From NCBI GenBank assembly GCA_963668645.2, contig CAXXWC010000021.1, forward strand, positions 1,472,001-1,536,000: DNA of 64,000 bases, read 5' to 3'. Position numbers and translations under genes: made by a program. The DNA comes from Desulfobacterales bacterium (GTDB lineage: Bacteria > Desulfobacterota > Desulfobacteria > Desulfobacterales > UBA2174). This document shows positions 49,976 through 59,586 of this stretch, piece by piece; position 1 is the first letter of the stretch, and each line of letters begins with the position of its first letter. The notes beneath the pieces are model-generated. The model saw only the letters and a program-made list of their open reading frames with translations, made no database searches and was not told the DNA's origin.

Positions 49976-50925
49976 TTACAGGCGGCTTGGGGTTTATCGG
50001 ATCAGCATTGGCACATCGGCTGGTCGATGCAGGAGCACGGATCACGATCATTGACAGCCTAATCCCCGAATACGGTGGCAATAGGTTCAACGTCTCCGAC
50101 ATCGCTGACCGGGTATCAGTTAACATCACCGACGTCCGCGACCCCTACAGCATGAAGTGCCTCGTTGAAGGTGTTGACCTGTTGTACAACTTGGCCGGGC
50201 AGACCAGCCACATGGATTCTATGAGCGATCCCTTCACGGATCTGGACATCAACAGCCGCGCCCAGCTATCCATTCTCGAGGCCTGCCGGGAACGCAATCC
50301 TGAGGTTAAAATTGTCTATGCCAGCACCCGACAAATCTACGGCAAGCCGCAGTACCTGCCTGTAGATGAATCTCATCCCCTACAGCCCGTAGATGTCAAT
50401 GGCATCAATAAATTGGCTGGTGAACAATTCCACCGCTTGTACAACGACGTTTACGGCATCCGCACATGCGTCCTACGCTTGACAAACACCATCGGACCGC
50501 GAATGCGCATAAAAGATGCCCGGCAGACCTTTCTCGGCATTTGGATACGTTCCCTATTGGAAGGGCAGCCCATCGATGTCTGGGGCGGAAATCAATTGAG
50601 AGACTTCACTGATGTAAACGATTGTGTGGAAGCGCTCCTTTTTGCGGGCAGTTCATCTGCTGCCGACGGGCAGGTTTTTAATCTTGGCGGCAACGGCGTC
50701 ATAAACCTTAAAGACCTTGCGGCCTTGATGATCGAAATCAACGGCTTCGGAAGCATGACAATCAAAACGTTTCCTGGCGACCGCAAGAAAATCGACATCG
50801 GGGACTACTATGCCGACTGTAGCCGAATCCGGGATGTTCTCGGATGGGTGCCGCGAACTCCCATCCGCCAGACTCTTCAAGACATTCTCGACTACTACCG
50901 TCAACACATGGAGCATTATCGATGA
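49927..50925 (+). CDS. NAD-dependent epimerase/dehydratase
   Basis: ITGGLGFIGS, NLAGQTSH, STRQIYG, NGINKLAGE, LRDFTDV. Confidence 0.92.
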   Translation: MQRAKNSTNYTGLRVLITGGLGFIGSALAHRLVDAGARITIIDSLIPEYGGNRFNVSDIADRVSVNITDVRDPYSMKCLVEGVDLLYNLAGQTSHMDSMSDPFTDLDINSRAQLSILEACRERNPEVKIVYASTRQIYGKPQYLPVDESHPLQPVDVNGINKLAGEQFHRLYNDVYGIRTCVLRLTNTIGPRMRIKDARQTFLGIWIRSLLEGQPIDVWGGNQLRDFTDVNDCVEALLFAGSSSAADGQVFNLGGNGVINLKDLAALMIEINGFGSMTIKTFPGDRKKIDIGDYYADCSRIRDVLGWVPRTPIRQTLQDILDYYRQHMEHYR

Positions 50926-52079
50926 ACCTAACCATCCCTTCCGCAAATCCGGCCGCCGGCGTACAGATCCAGAAAGCGGAAATTATGGAAGCGATCGAGC
51001 GGGTACTTGATAGTGGACGCTACATTCTCGGACCTGAGGTAGAGGCTTTCGAGAAAGCTTTTGCGACCTTGGCCAAGACCCGTTGGGGCGTCGCCGTAGC
51101 CAGCGGCACCGACGCTCTGGAAATAGCCTTGCGCGCTATCGGCATCAAATCTAATGATGCAGTAGTCACGGTCTCCCATACTTCAGTGGCGACTGTAGCG
51201 GCCATCGAACGATCTGGTGCCACACCCATTCTTATCGATATCGATCCGTACACCCAAACCCTTTGCCCTAAGTGCTTAGAGGCAATCCTGGAGAATTACC
51301 GCGATCTTCCAGGATGCCGTCGCATTCGGATAAGAGCAGTCATCCCGGTCCATCTATACGGCCATCCAGCGGACATGCCATCTATCTGCGCGATTGCATC
51401 CCGCCATGGAGTCGCCGTGATCGAAGACTGCGCCCAAGCTCATGGCGCGCATATTGACGAAAAACCCGTAGGAGGATTCGGTACGGCCGGCGCGTTTAGT
51501 TTTTATCCAACAAAGAACATTGGCGCCATAGGGGACGCCGGAATAGTTATCACCAATGACGAACCCTGCTTCTTATCCTTGTTCCAGTTGCGGCAGTACG
51601 GTTGGTCGCAGCGCTATATCAGCGAAAAGAGAGGCATTAATTCCCGTCTTGACGAATTGCAGGCAGCAATCTTGTTGGTCCGCCTGAAAAGAATGACCGA
51701 AAACATACAAAGTCGTCTCCGGATCGCCTCTCTTTATGACGAGAGGCTCCGCCCCTTCCCTGTCCACCTCCCGCCTAAGGCTCCTGTTGGTTGGCGACAT
51801 GCTTATCATCTATATGTCATTCGCACATCGGCTCGCGACGAACTTATGAAACACCTGGCTTCCCAGGGAATCGGAACGGCAGTTCACTATCCGATGCCAG
51901 TGCATCGACAGCCGGCCTATAAACATCTTTCTTCAAAGATTTCCCCTGAGGGGCTTCCGGTTACAGATGCGGTTGTCGATCAAATTCTAAGCCTCCCGAT
52001 GTACCCGGAGCTTAACAATAACCAGATCGATCGAATTTGCCACGCCATTGCCGGCTTTTTCGGCAGACCCTGGGTTTGA
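50922..52079 (+). CDS. DegT/DnrJ/EryC1/StrS sugar aminotransferase
   Basis: ASGTDAL, PVHLYG, EDCAQAHG, SFYPTKNIGAIGD, NSRLDELQAA. Confidence 0.93.
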   Translation: MNLTIPSANPAAGVQIQKAEIMEAIERVLDSGRYILGPEVEAFEKAFATLAKTRWGVAVASGTDALEIALRAIGIKSNDAVVTVSHTSVATVAAIERSGATPILIDIDPYTQTLCPKCLEAILENYRDLPGCRRIRIRAVIPVHLYGHPADMPSICAIASRHGVAVIEDCAQAHGAHIDEKPVGGFGTAGAFSFYPTKNIGAIGDAGIVITNDEPCFLSLFQLRQYGWSQRYISEKRGINSRLDELQAAILLVRLKRMTENIQSRLRIASLYDERLRPFPVHLPPKAPVGWRHAYHLYVIRTSARDELMKHLASQGIGTAVHYPMPVHRQPAYKHLSSKISPEGLPVTDAVVDQILSLPMYPELNNNQIDRICHAIAGFFGRPWV

Positions 52080-52083
52080 AAAG

Positions 52084-53124
52084 ATGCCATCGATTGCATT
52101 GAATTTCTGTACCTATTTCGACCGTCATTACCTCGACCGAGGCCTATTGCTCTATAGTTCCCTGCGCCAGCACTGTCCGGATTCCAAGTTATTCGTTCTT
52201 TGCCTTGACTCCTGGTGCAAAGCGATCCTAAGTTCACTCGCTTTAGAGGGATTGTACCCTATTGACTTAAACGATTTGGAACGGGACGATCCTGAACTCC
52301 TACATGTCAAGCCCACCCGTACCCTTATCGAATACTATTTTACCCTCACTCCCTGCTTCTTGCGATATCTATTGATGGGTCCGCATTCCTTGAACCACGT
52401 TACCTATCTGGATGCTGATCTCTATTTTTTTTCAGACCCCACTCCGCTCATCGCCGGACTTGCAGCGCATCAGATTGGAATTGTCCCCCACCGTTATAGT
52501 CCAGGCTTGAACGGATTGGAACGCTTCGGGCTTTTCAACGTGGCCTTCAACTATTTCAACCGCGGAGAATTATCCCTTTCATGCCTTGACAGGTGGCGCT
52601 GTCAGTGTCTGGCCTGGTGTCATGACCAGCTCGACGGTGAACGTTTTGCCGATCAAAAATATCTTAACGAATGGCCCCAACTTTATGGTGATCAAATCGT
52701 CATTCACCATCCTGGGGTGGATTTGGCGCCTTGGAATCTTGGCACCCACCATCTTGTCAAACAAGGCGAGCTGCTAATGGTTGATAACCAACCGCTCATC
52801 TGTTTTCATTATCATGGTATCTCTCGCCTCTTTGGAGCATGGTACGATTCTAACCTTCGTAAATATGGAAAAAAACCTTCAAAAATTATTAAGTCTTGCA
52901 TCTATCTCCCCTATGTTCATCGCTTGGATGACTTGCGTTGTCGCTATGGAAACATCATTAAGGGAAAATCAATTCGATATAATATGCCCATTATAAAATC
53001 TGGACAATCTTGTAATATTCTTACTCGTTATCTCTTAGACAAGCCAGCAGCTATGACCTTGACATTTCTCAGTGGCACACTTATTTATGCAGGTACTCGT
53101 TTTTTACCAAAGAATTATCCTTGA
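52084..53124 (+). CDS. GT-A fold glycosyltransferase
   Basis: FCTYFDRHYL, YLDADLYFF (DxD), ADQKYL, APWN, FHYHG. Confidence 0.75.
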   Translation: MPSIALNFCTYFDRHYLDRGLLLYSSLRQHCPDSKLFVLCLDSWCKAILSSLALEGLYPIDLNDLERDDPELLHVKPTRTLIEYYFTLTPCFLRYLLMGPHSLNHVTYLDADLYFFSDPTPLIAGLAAHQIGIVPHRYSPGLNGLERFGLFNVAFNYFNRGELSLSCLDRWRCQCLAWCHDQLDGERFADQKYLNEWPQLYGDQIVIHHPGVDLAPWNLGTHHLVKQGELLMVDNQPLICFHYHGISRLFGAWYDSNLRKYGKKPSKIIKSCIYLPYVHRLDDLRCRYGNIIKGKSIRYNMPIIKSGQSCNILTRYLLDKPAAMTLTFLSGTLIYAGTRFLPKNYP

Positions 53125-53297
53125 AAGTATTTATGCGTATCGTTTTAGAGCGCATGTAATTCTAATCAAGCCATTGTAAGTGGCGAAGTGATATAATTAG
53201 TTATTTGCCATCTGTTTCTGATTTTTTTTACCTCACCAAATCAGATGATTTGAAAATACTATTTTGAAATACTTACATATAACAACATTTATCATAA

Positions 53298-54062
53298 ATG
53301 GGCAGATATAACGTGCAGATATCAATCATAACCGTTGTTTTAAATGGTCGCGAATATATCGATAAAACTATTCAGAGCGTTATTGAACAAGACTATCGAC
53401 ACATTGAATACATTATAATTGATGGAGGATCTACAGATGGAACCATAGACATCATCAAACGCTATAGGGCAGGGATCTCTTGTTGGGTTTCTGAAAAAGA
53501 TGCCGGTATCGCTGATGCGATGAACAAAGGGATCCTCCACGCATCAGGACAATACATTCTTTTTTTACACTCTGATGACTACCTCTTATCTAATTCAAGC
53601 ATTCGTACTGCAAAGAATCAATTACAGAAGAATGCGGATTTCCATGCTTTCCCAATTTATTACGATATGGGTAGCCATCGAATTGTTCGTCGTTCTCGAG
53701 GTTTTAGCCCTTGGATCAATTTGAAAACCGGATTCTATCATCAAGGCTTATTCTTTCATCGCGATATCTTCAAACGTTTAGGAATGTACGACACTTCATT
53801 TAAGATTGCTATGGACTATGAATTTTTTCTTCGAGCCTATAGAGCCAACACCGTATTGTGCCTGCACCGGAATCCCCCTTTGGCTGTCATGAGAGATACC
53901 GGGATTAGTTCTCGAAGCGACTGGAATTCCTTGAAAACAAGATTCGATGAAGAAAAGAAAGCGCACTTTAAACACGCCAATTCACGCTTTATGAACTTTT
54001 TTTACCACAATTACTGGCTGTTATATAGCAATTATCGCCGCCTTCGAAATAATCTAAGTTGA
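53298..54062 (+). CDS. Glycosyltransferase family 2
   Basis: SIITVVLN, IIDGGSTDGT, DAMNKG, LHSDD, MDYEFFLR. Confidence 0.92.
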   Translation: MGRYNVQISIITVVLNGREYIDKTIQSVIEQDYRHIEYIIIDGGSTDGTIDIIKRYRAGISCWVSEKDAGIADAMNKGILHASGQYILFLHSDDYLLSNSSIRTAKNQLQKNADFHAFPIYYDMGSHRIVRRSRGFSPWINLKTGFYHQGLFFHRDIFKRLGMYDTSFKIAMDYEFFLRAYRANTVLCLHRNPPLAVMRDTGISSRSDWNSLKTRFDEEKKAHFKHANSRFMNFFYHNYWLLYSNYRRLRNNLS

Positions 54063-54066
54063 TTCT

Positions 54067-55152
54067 TTAATTTCGTTGAGCGAATGTATTTATAATTGAC
54101 TTATATAACAATTTCCCTATCACTTCCCACTTCATTTCAGATGGGCAACTCGCAATTTCCGGTGCTCGAAGATGATGTTTGATCGCAACTTTCATAGCTT
54201 CAGAATTTGGTTTACAGACTGAAAACGCAATGGACCCAAAAATATTTCCATGTCCAGCTATGTCTGTCGCCACAACTGGCCTTTCGCATGCCATATACTC
54301 CGCAATTTTGCATGCGCCTGACATTCGGTTGAACAGGTCATCCGAATACGGAATTGTCACGACATCGCATGCTGCTATCCTTTCTGGTATAGCTTCCTGC
54401 GGAAGCACTCCATGGTAAATTATCCACGGCTCGTCAATGCTTACTCCGTTGACTGCTCCGGCGAGTAATAACCGCAATGAAGGACTCCGCTCCTTTAACT
54501 TTCGGCAAGCTTCAAGCAAGAGCGGGCCTCTCGTCGGTGTAATCGAACCAAAGTAACCAATGCAAACAAATGATTGATTTATTCCGAGCTTCTCTCTCGC
54601 CATCTTCTTGTCCATCGGCTTGAACAAATTAGAGTCTACTCCGTTATAGATTAGCAAGGTGTTTCGGTTAAATTGCACAAGACTATCCTGCAATGGTTTG
54701 CTGGCACAGAGCAACAAATCTGCATGCCTTACTGCAGAATGAAACATAGACTTCATTCCAGGGATTTTATTCCCGCGGAAGCTTGGATAGTAGTCATAGA
54801 CATCAAAAACGAATTGAGCCTTTAATCTCTTGGATAGAATTTTCCCCAGAAATCCGATATGGCTATCTCCGCTTGCCACTAAAACATCTGGAGCTTCGTA
54901 AGCAATTATTCTATATAGTTCGAGAACAATGCTTGGCAGGGACAATAAAGTGGCAGGAACGCTGCGAAAAACTACTCCGCTATCTTGTATCCTTCCGACA
55001 AACCGAGACCGATAATCGAGCGCTGAAACGCTCACTGCCATTCCCAATTTTACCAATTCTACTGGAAGGTGAAATAGCCTGCCGAAACGGTCCTTGAGAA
55101 GGTCCTTGTTAGTGTAATGTCGTTTACATAGAAAATGTACTTTTATCGGCAT
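54067..55152 (-). CDS. Glycosyltransferase family 4
   Basis: IYNGVDSNLFKP, GYFGSI, KIAEYMACERPVVATD. Confidence 0.88.
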   Translation of the reverse strand: MPIKVHFLCKRHYTNKDLLKDRFGRLFHLPVELVKLGMAVSVSALDYRSRFVGRIQDSGVVFRSVPATLLSLPSIVLELYRIIAYEAPDVLVASGDSHIGFLGKILSKRLKAQFVFDVYDYYPSFRGNKIPGMKSMFHSAVRHADLLLCASKPLQDSLVQFNRNTLLIYNGVDSNLFKPMDKKMAREKLGINQSFVCIGYFGSITPTRGPLLLEACRKLKERSPSLRLLLAGAVNGVSIDEPWIIYHGVLPQEAIPERIAACDVVTIPYSDDLFNRMSGACKIAEYMACERPVVATDIAGHGNIFGSIAFSVCKPNSEAMKVAIKHHLRAPEIASCPSEMKWEVIGKLLYKSIINTFAQRN

Positions 55153-55952
55153 TTTTTTGTTTTGCTCTTTCTCTTTTCAGCGATGAATACCATTTGATGA
55201 CAATGATAAGGATCAAAGTGCTCAAGAAACGGCTGTAAAAATTCAGGAAATGGGTACAAACCAAAACCATATCCTTTTACATTCGAAAAGCCAGCCATCT
55301 GAAGATATTTTCTCAATGCCCGAAAACTGAAAACGACAATATGGCGGTGATGCGGCCTGGTAGACTCTGAATCTGGTTGTAGCTCTTCGTTGCTGACTTT
55401 AAATACTTCCTGGCTTTTAATAAGCAGGTCGGAATCAGGATGCGGACCACTGGATGGCATTCTCCCTAACAAGATCAACAGAGCTGTAAAATAGGTGCTG
55501 ATGTTTGGTGTCAGCAGAACAAGCCGGCCTCCGGGCTTCAAAATACGCTGGCTTTCTATAATGAATCGACAAGGATTCAACAGGTGTTCTAAAACAGAAA
55601 GTGCATAAACGCAAGAGCAGCTTTCATCTTCTAATTGAATTTTTTCATTCAAATCATAACAGATGATGTTGATACCCTTAGCCTGCCCTGAAAATGCATC
55701 TTCTGGATTCCATTCTATGCCTTGATATTGATTAGCTGACAGCCCACAGCGCTCTGATAGAGTTTTGAAAGTTCCGCCATTACCTGCACCGCAATCAAGC
55801 ACTTTTGAATCCTCGCCGATACATTCACAAATCCCTCTATACGCCTTTTCGTATGCCTCCTCCATTGTTCTTTGATACAATCTTTTAAAATATTTTGATA
55901 ACAAAGTCTCCCTCTTTTCAAACCATTTTGGATTCCATTGCCCCTTCTTCAT
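55143..55952 (-). CDS. Class I SAM-dependent methyltransferase
   Basis: VLDCGAGNG, SVLEHL, RILKPGGRLVLLTPN. Confidence 0.88.
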   Translation of the reverse strand: MKKGQWNPKWFEKRETLLSKYFKRLYQRTMEEAYEKAYRGICECIGEDSKVLDCGAGNGGTFKTLSERCGLSANQYQGIEWNPEDAFSGQAKGINIICYDLNEKIQLEDESCSCVYALSVLEHLLNPCRFIIESQRILKPGGRLVLLTPNISTYFTALLILLGRMPSSGPHPDSDLLIKSQEVFKVSNEELQPDSESTRPHHRHIVVFSFRALRKYLQMAGFSNVKGYGFGLYPFPEFLQPFLEHFDPYHCHQMVFIAEKRKSKTKKCR

Positions 55953-57156
55953 CGATTAAAAATCCAAGCAGCAGACAATATTGAACGGCGATAGTTCCCC
56001 AATCAAAACGATTCAGGGCATACTGTCGCCCCCTATTTCCCAATCGTCGTGCAAACGCCGAATCACCCAGGAGTCGAAGAATCGCTCTGGCAATTTCCTC
56101 GGAAGACTCCCGCCTCACCACCAGTCCCGTTTCCCCATCCTGAACAATATCACGCATCGCCGGTAGATCACTCACCACTACCGCGCATTCGCAACCCATG
56201 GCTTCGACAAGCACCAGCCCGAACCCTTCCTGATCCCCTCCCCTTCCCACAATCGACGGAAAAACCACCACCGCTGACTTACGATACAGGTCCGGCAATG
56301 AAGCCTGTGGCAAACCACCGAGGAAGCTGATGCTCGCCCCCACATTCAATTCCTGTACCAGTCTTTCCAGCCCCTCCCTTTCCGGCCCATCCCCCACGAT
56401 CAACAATCGCGCTTCAGGCTCGGCTTGGACCACTTCCGGCCAAGCTTCAATCAGATAACGGCATCCTTTTTTCTCCACTAGACGGCCGACGAACAGCACC
56501 TGTTTGGAATTCCGTTCCACATCACCAGGACAAAACCGGTCTGTCAGGTCCGTACCCATGGGAATCACGCGAATCTTTTCCGCCGGCACGCCGGTTTTGC
56601 AGACATCTTTAGCCATAGCACGGCTGACCACGGTCACGGCGGCGGATTTCGCAACGACTAGCTTGCGCAGCCGATCCATGACCCTTCCGCGCAGCCCATA
56701 AAGATCGCCGCCGTGGGACGTGGCAATGATCGGTATGTGGCTGCCGATGACGGCGCGGGCCACAATGGCACTCAACGCTTGGGGGATTAACCAATGGGCG
56801 TGGATAAGAGCAAATTTTTCTTGGCGCAGAAGTCGAATCGTTGACAGCACCTGGCCGCCCAACAGAAAAAGGACCAGCGGCCCCCAAGCCGGATTGCGCC
56901 GGATCCTCGCCAATATCCCCCCACCGCTGCCATAGGATAGTCGCTCCAGGGGTGCAAAACAATAGCGGAACCGCACCACGCGGATGCCGTCCATCTCCTC
57001 TTCGGTCCGGCTACCCGGAAAATGAGGGGCAAGAACTGTAATATCGAAGTCCCTGACTAGACGACGGCATAGATCGAACACGAACGGGGGATCCGTGTCG
57101 CCGCGCCAGCGGGGAAAAGTCGTGGTAAGGACAAGAATTTTGGATTTTGTTTTCAT
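55918..57156 (-). CDS. Glycosyltransferase family 4
   Basis: IHAHWLIPQ, FVGRLVEKKG, EGFGLVLVEAM. Confidence 0.92.
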   Translation of the reverse strand: MKTKSKILVLTTTFPRWRGDTDPPFVFDLCRRLVRDFDITVLAPHFPGSRTEEEMDGIRVVRFRYCFAPLERLSYGSGGGILARIRRNPAWGPLVLFLLGGQVLSTIRLLRQEKFALIHAHWLIPQALSAIVARAVIGSHIPIIATSHGGDLYGLRGRVMDRLRKLVVAKSAAVTVVSRAMAKDVCKTGVPAEKIRVIPMGTDLTDRFCPGDVERNSKQVLFVGRLVEKKGCRYLIEAWPEVVQAEPEARLLIVGDGPEREGLERLVQELNVGASISFLGGLPQASLPDLYRKSAVVVFPSIVGRGGDQEGFGLVLVEAMGCECAVVVSDLPAMRDIVQDGETGLVVRRESSEEIARAILRLLGDSAFARRLGNRGRQYALNRFDWGTIAVQYCLLLGFLIDEEGAMESKMV

Positions 57157-57384
57157 CCTCGGAACAGTGGCCGATTGTCCTTCAAATGAACGGAAAAATG
57201 AAAAATTTGCAGACTACTGAATAGACGAATTCCGGCTCTATTCTCTGTCTATCAGAATCAAAGGAGTTTTCCTGTAATTTCGGGAATATTACTCTCGAAA
57301 CTACAGAATCACACTAATTTCCCTTCCGCAGCCTTTGCCTCAACCAGCTGGCCGCTTTCCATCCCTATCACTTCCCCTTCCAGG

Positions 57385-58281
57385 TTACCGCTTTCCCTCT
57401 TCAGTCCGGTCGTCTCGCCGCTCACCGCGACGCTCGAAGCGCATCTGGGAGATCTGTTCGGAGACCATGCCGATCATGAAAATGGTCACCGCGGTGGTAA
57501 AAAGCAGGGCACTCATGTTGGTGAAACGGCCCTGGGTGGTGAAAGTGTACAAGTACCAGAGCAGCCCGGTCATGAACATAGTGAAACTGACCGGCAAAAA
57601 AACGCGAAAGGGTGAAAAGAGAGTGCAGATGCGGGTAATGATCATGAAAAAGCGCACCCCGTCCTTGAACAGGGAGATGCTGCTTTTTCCTGCCTGCCGC
57701 TTCCGGGTGCGAATCGGAACGTACCTGAGGCTCAACCCACTGCGCAGCACCGCCAGGGTCATGGTGGTGGGATAGGAGTAGGTGTTAGGCAAAAGATGGA
57801 TCAGGCTGCGGGCCACCGAAGCCTTGACCGCGCGAAATCCGCTAGTCAGGTCCTGGATAGGGAACTTGGCCACGTAGCCGGCGAAGCGGTTGTAAACCGC
57901 GTTTCCCAACGCCCGGCCCAGGGAGGCTTGGTCCTTGAATGAGCGGGCCCCCACCACAAGGTCGTAGGCCGGCAGGTGTTCGAGGAGCCGGGGGATGTCA
58001 TTGGGGTCGTGCTGGCCGTCTCCGTCCATGAAGACCAGAATCTTACCGGCAGCGTTGCGGATCCCGCTTTTGATCGCCGCCCCATTGCCGATGTTGTAAG
58101 GGTGGCGGTAGACTTCTGCCCCGGCGGCCCGGGCCGCCTCGGCGGTGTCATCGCTGGAGCCGTCGTCTATCACCAGGATCTGGAAATCCGGTCCCACGGC
58201 ACGGACCGCCGCCACCACGGCGCCGATATTCTGACCTTCGTTATAAGTTGGGATGATGACCGTAACTGAGGGGTGAGACAT
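57385..58281 (-). CDS. Glycosyltransferase family 2, polyprenol-phosphate glycosyltransferase-like
   Basis: IIPTYNE, IDDGSSD, MDGDGQH, DLTSGFRA; two C-terminal hydrophobic helices. Confidence 0.9.
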   Translation of the reverse strand: MSHPSVTVIIPTYNEGQNIGAVVAAVRAVGPDFQILVIDDGSSDDTAEAARAAGAEVYRHPYNIGNGAAIKSGIRNAAGKILVFMDGDGQHDPNDIPRLLEHLPAYDLVVGARSFKDQASLGRALGNAVYNRFAGYVAKFPIQDLTSGFRAVKASVARSLIHLLPNTYSYPTTMTLAVLRSGLSLRYVPIRTRKRQAGKSSISLFKDGVRFFMIITRICTLFSPFRVFLPVSFTMFMTGLLWYLYTFTTQGRFTNMSALLFTTAVTIFMIGMVSEQISQMRFERRGERRDDRTEEGKR

Positions 58282-58375
58282 TGGGGTCCTTTAAAGCACG
58301 ATTCATTTGTAATGAGAACGCCATGCCAAATTCTCAAAAGCCTTTTGGCAAGCTCCAACCTCCTGGCATACTTTG

Positions 58376-59146
58376 TCAAATGGAAAATTGAAAACGCCGC
58401 TTCCCGGCCTCCCGTGGCGGGTCCTGCCCGGGAACGAAGGTCCATTCCCAGAAGCCGATCCGGCCCGCCCATTCCCAAAGTATCACTGTGGCCGAGCGGG
58501 TGCCGTAGGTCGGACTGACGATGAAGCGCGGAGCCAGGATCCGCTCCCATTCCAGGCCGATACCGGTGTCGGGCAGATCGACGTCAGCGGGCTGGCGCCG
58601 ATCGCAAAGCAGATTGAGCAGATTCTCAGGCGTAACACCATCTTCGGTCAACAGTCGCTCCAGCCCGACTCTTCCTCCGGCCACCTTTGACCAGGGAGTA
58701 TCCAAAAGATGGTTGCTCAATCCATGGACCCCGGGCGCAACCTCGCGAACCGGCCCGTTTCGGCTGCCAAGATAGGCCATTTGTTGCGGGTCGGCAGCTA
58801 AGAGGTTAAACCCGTTGTATTGCCCGCAACGGCTGTGAACGGATTCGAGATAGGCACCGAGGCTTTCCCGGCCATCGACGAATTCGGCCACCAGTTCGCC
58901 CCGGGAGCGGGCCTTGGGGTTGTGAGCCGCAGGATCCCGATAGTTGGTAACCGCTGCCAGACGCCCGCTGCGGCTCACCGCCAGCCACGTGCCGCCGGCT
59001 GCCAGATCCCGCCCCCCCAAAACCAGCGGCCGGTCAGGCCAATAGCCGGCAGCCAGGCTCGCACGAGCGTAAAATTCATCCCTATTGGCGGCCAGGATCA
59101 GACGGTATCGCGGATGGCAATCGTAGGCCCAGACAATCAGGCACAT
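58376..59146 (-). CDS. NRDE (TANGO2) family protein
   Basis: MCLIV...AANRDEF, GGTWL, SRGELV, GLSN, YGTRS. Confidence 0.92.
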   Translation of the reverse strand: MCLIVWAYDCHPRYRLILAANRDEFYARASLAAGYWPDRPLVLGGRDLAAGGTWLAVSRSGRLAAVTNYRDPAAHNPKARSRGELVAEFVDGRESLGAYLESVHSRCGQYNGFNLLAADPQQMAYLGSRNGPVREVAPGVHGLSNHLLDTPWSKVAGGRVGLERLLTEDGVTPENLLNLLCDRRQPADVDLPDTGIGLEWERILAPRFIVSPTYGTRSATVILWEWAGRIGFWEWTFVPGQDPPREAGKRRFQFSI

Positions 59147-59586
59147 AAAAAGGCAGCCTTATATGTAATCGGTGAAACAGCGCCGCGTCATTCCGGACGC
59201 TCACCATGCCGGATTTCAACCTATCGAAAAGATATGAAGAATTCAAGACTTACCCTTTTGGTCCGGCAATTCCCCGTAAAATCGATGCACACACCGAAAT
59301 TTGCACCTTCTGGCCAGTCCTTCCTCGCTTCGCCCCTCCTTTTCGCATGCCCTTCCATACCCTTCCCCACGCATCGGGACGGTCTGAATTAAAACCCGAA
59401 AAAAGCCTCGTGACTTTCCTGTTATTTTTAGCTATCCTTGTCACTTCCATAAACGACCAAAAATAACATATTGCAGCAAAACAGTACCCTTGCCGCTTTG
59501 GACTCTCATCTACACCTCCGGCTCTCTTCTCACGGCAGGGACCGTTTCAGGTCTTTTTTCAGACACAAAACAAAGGAGGAGCATCT

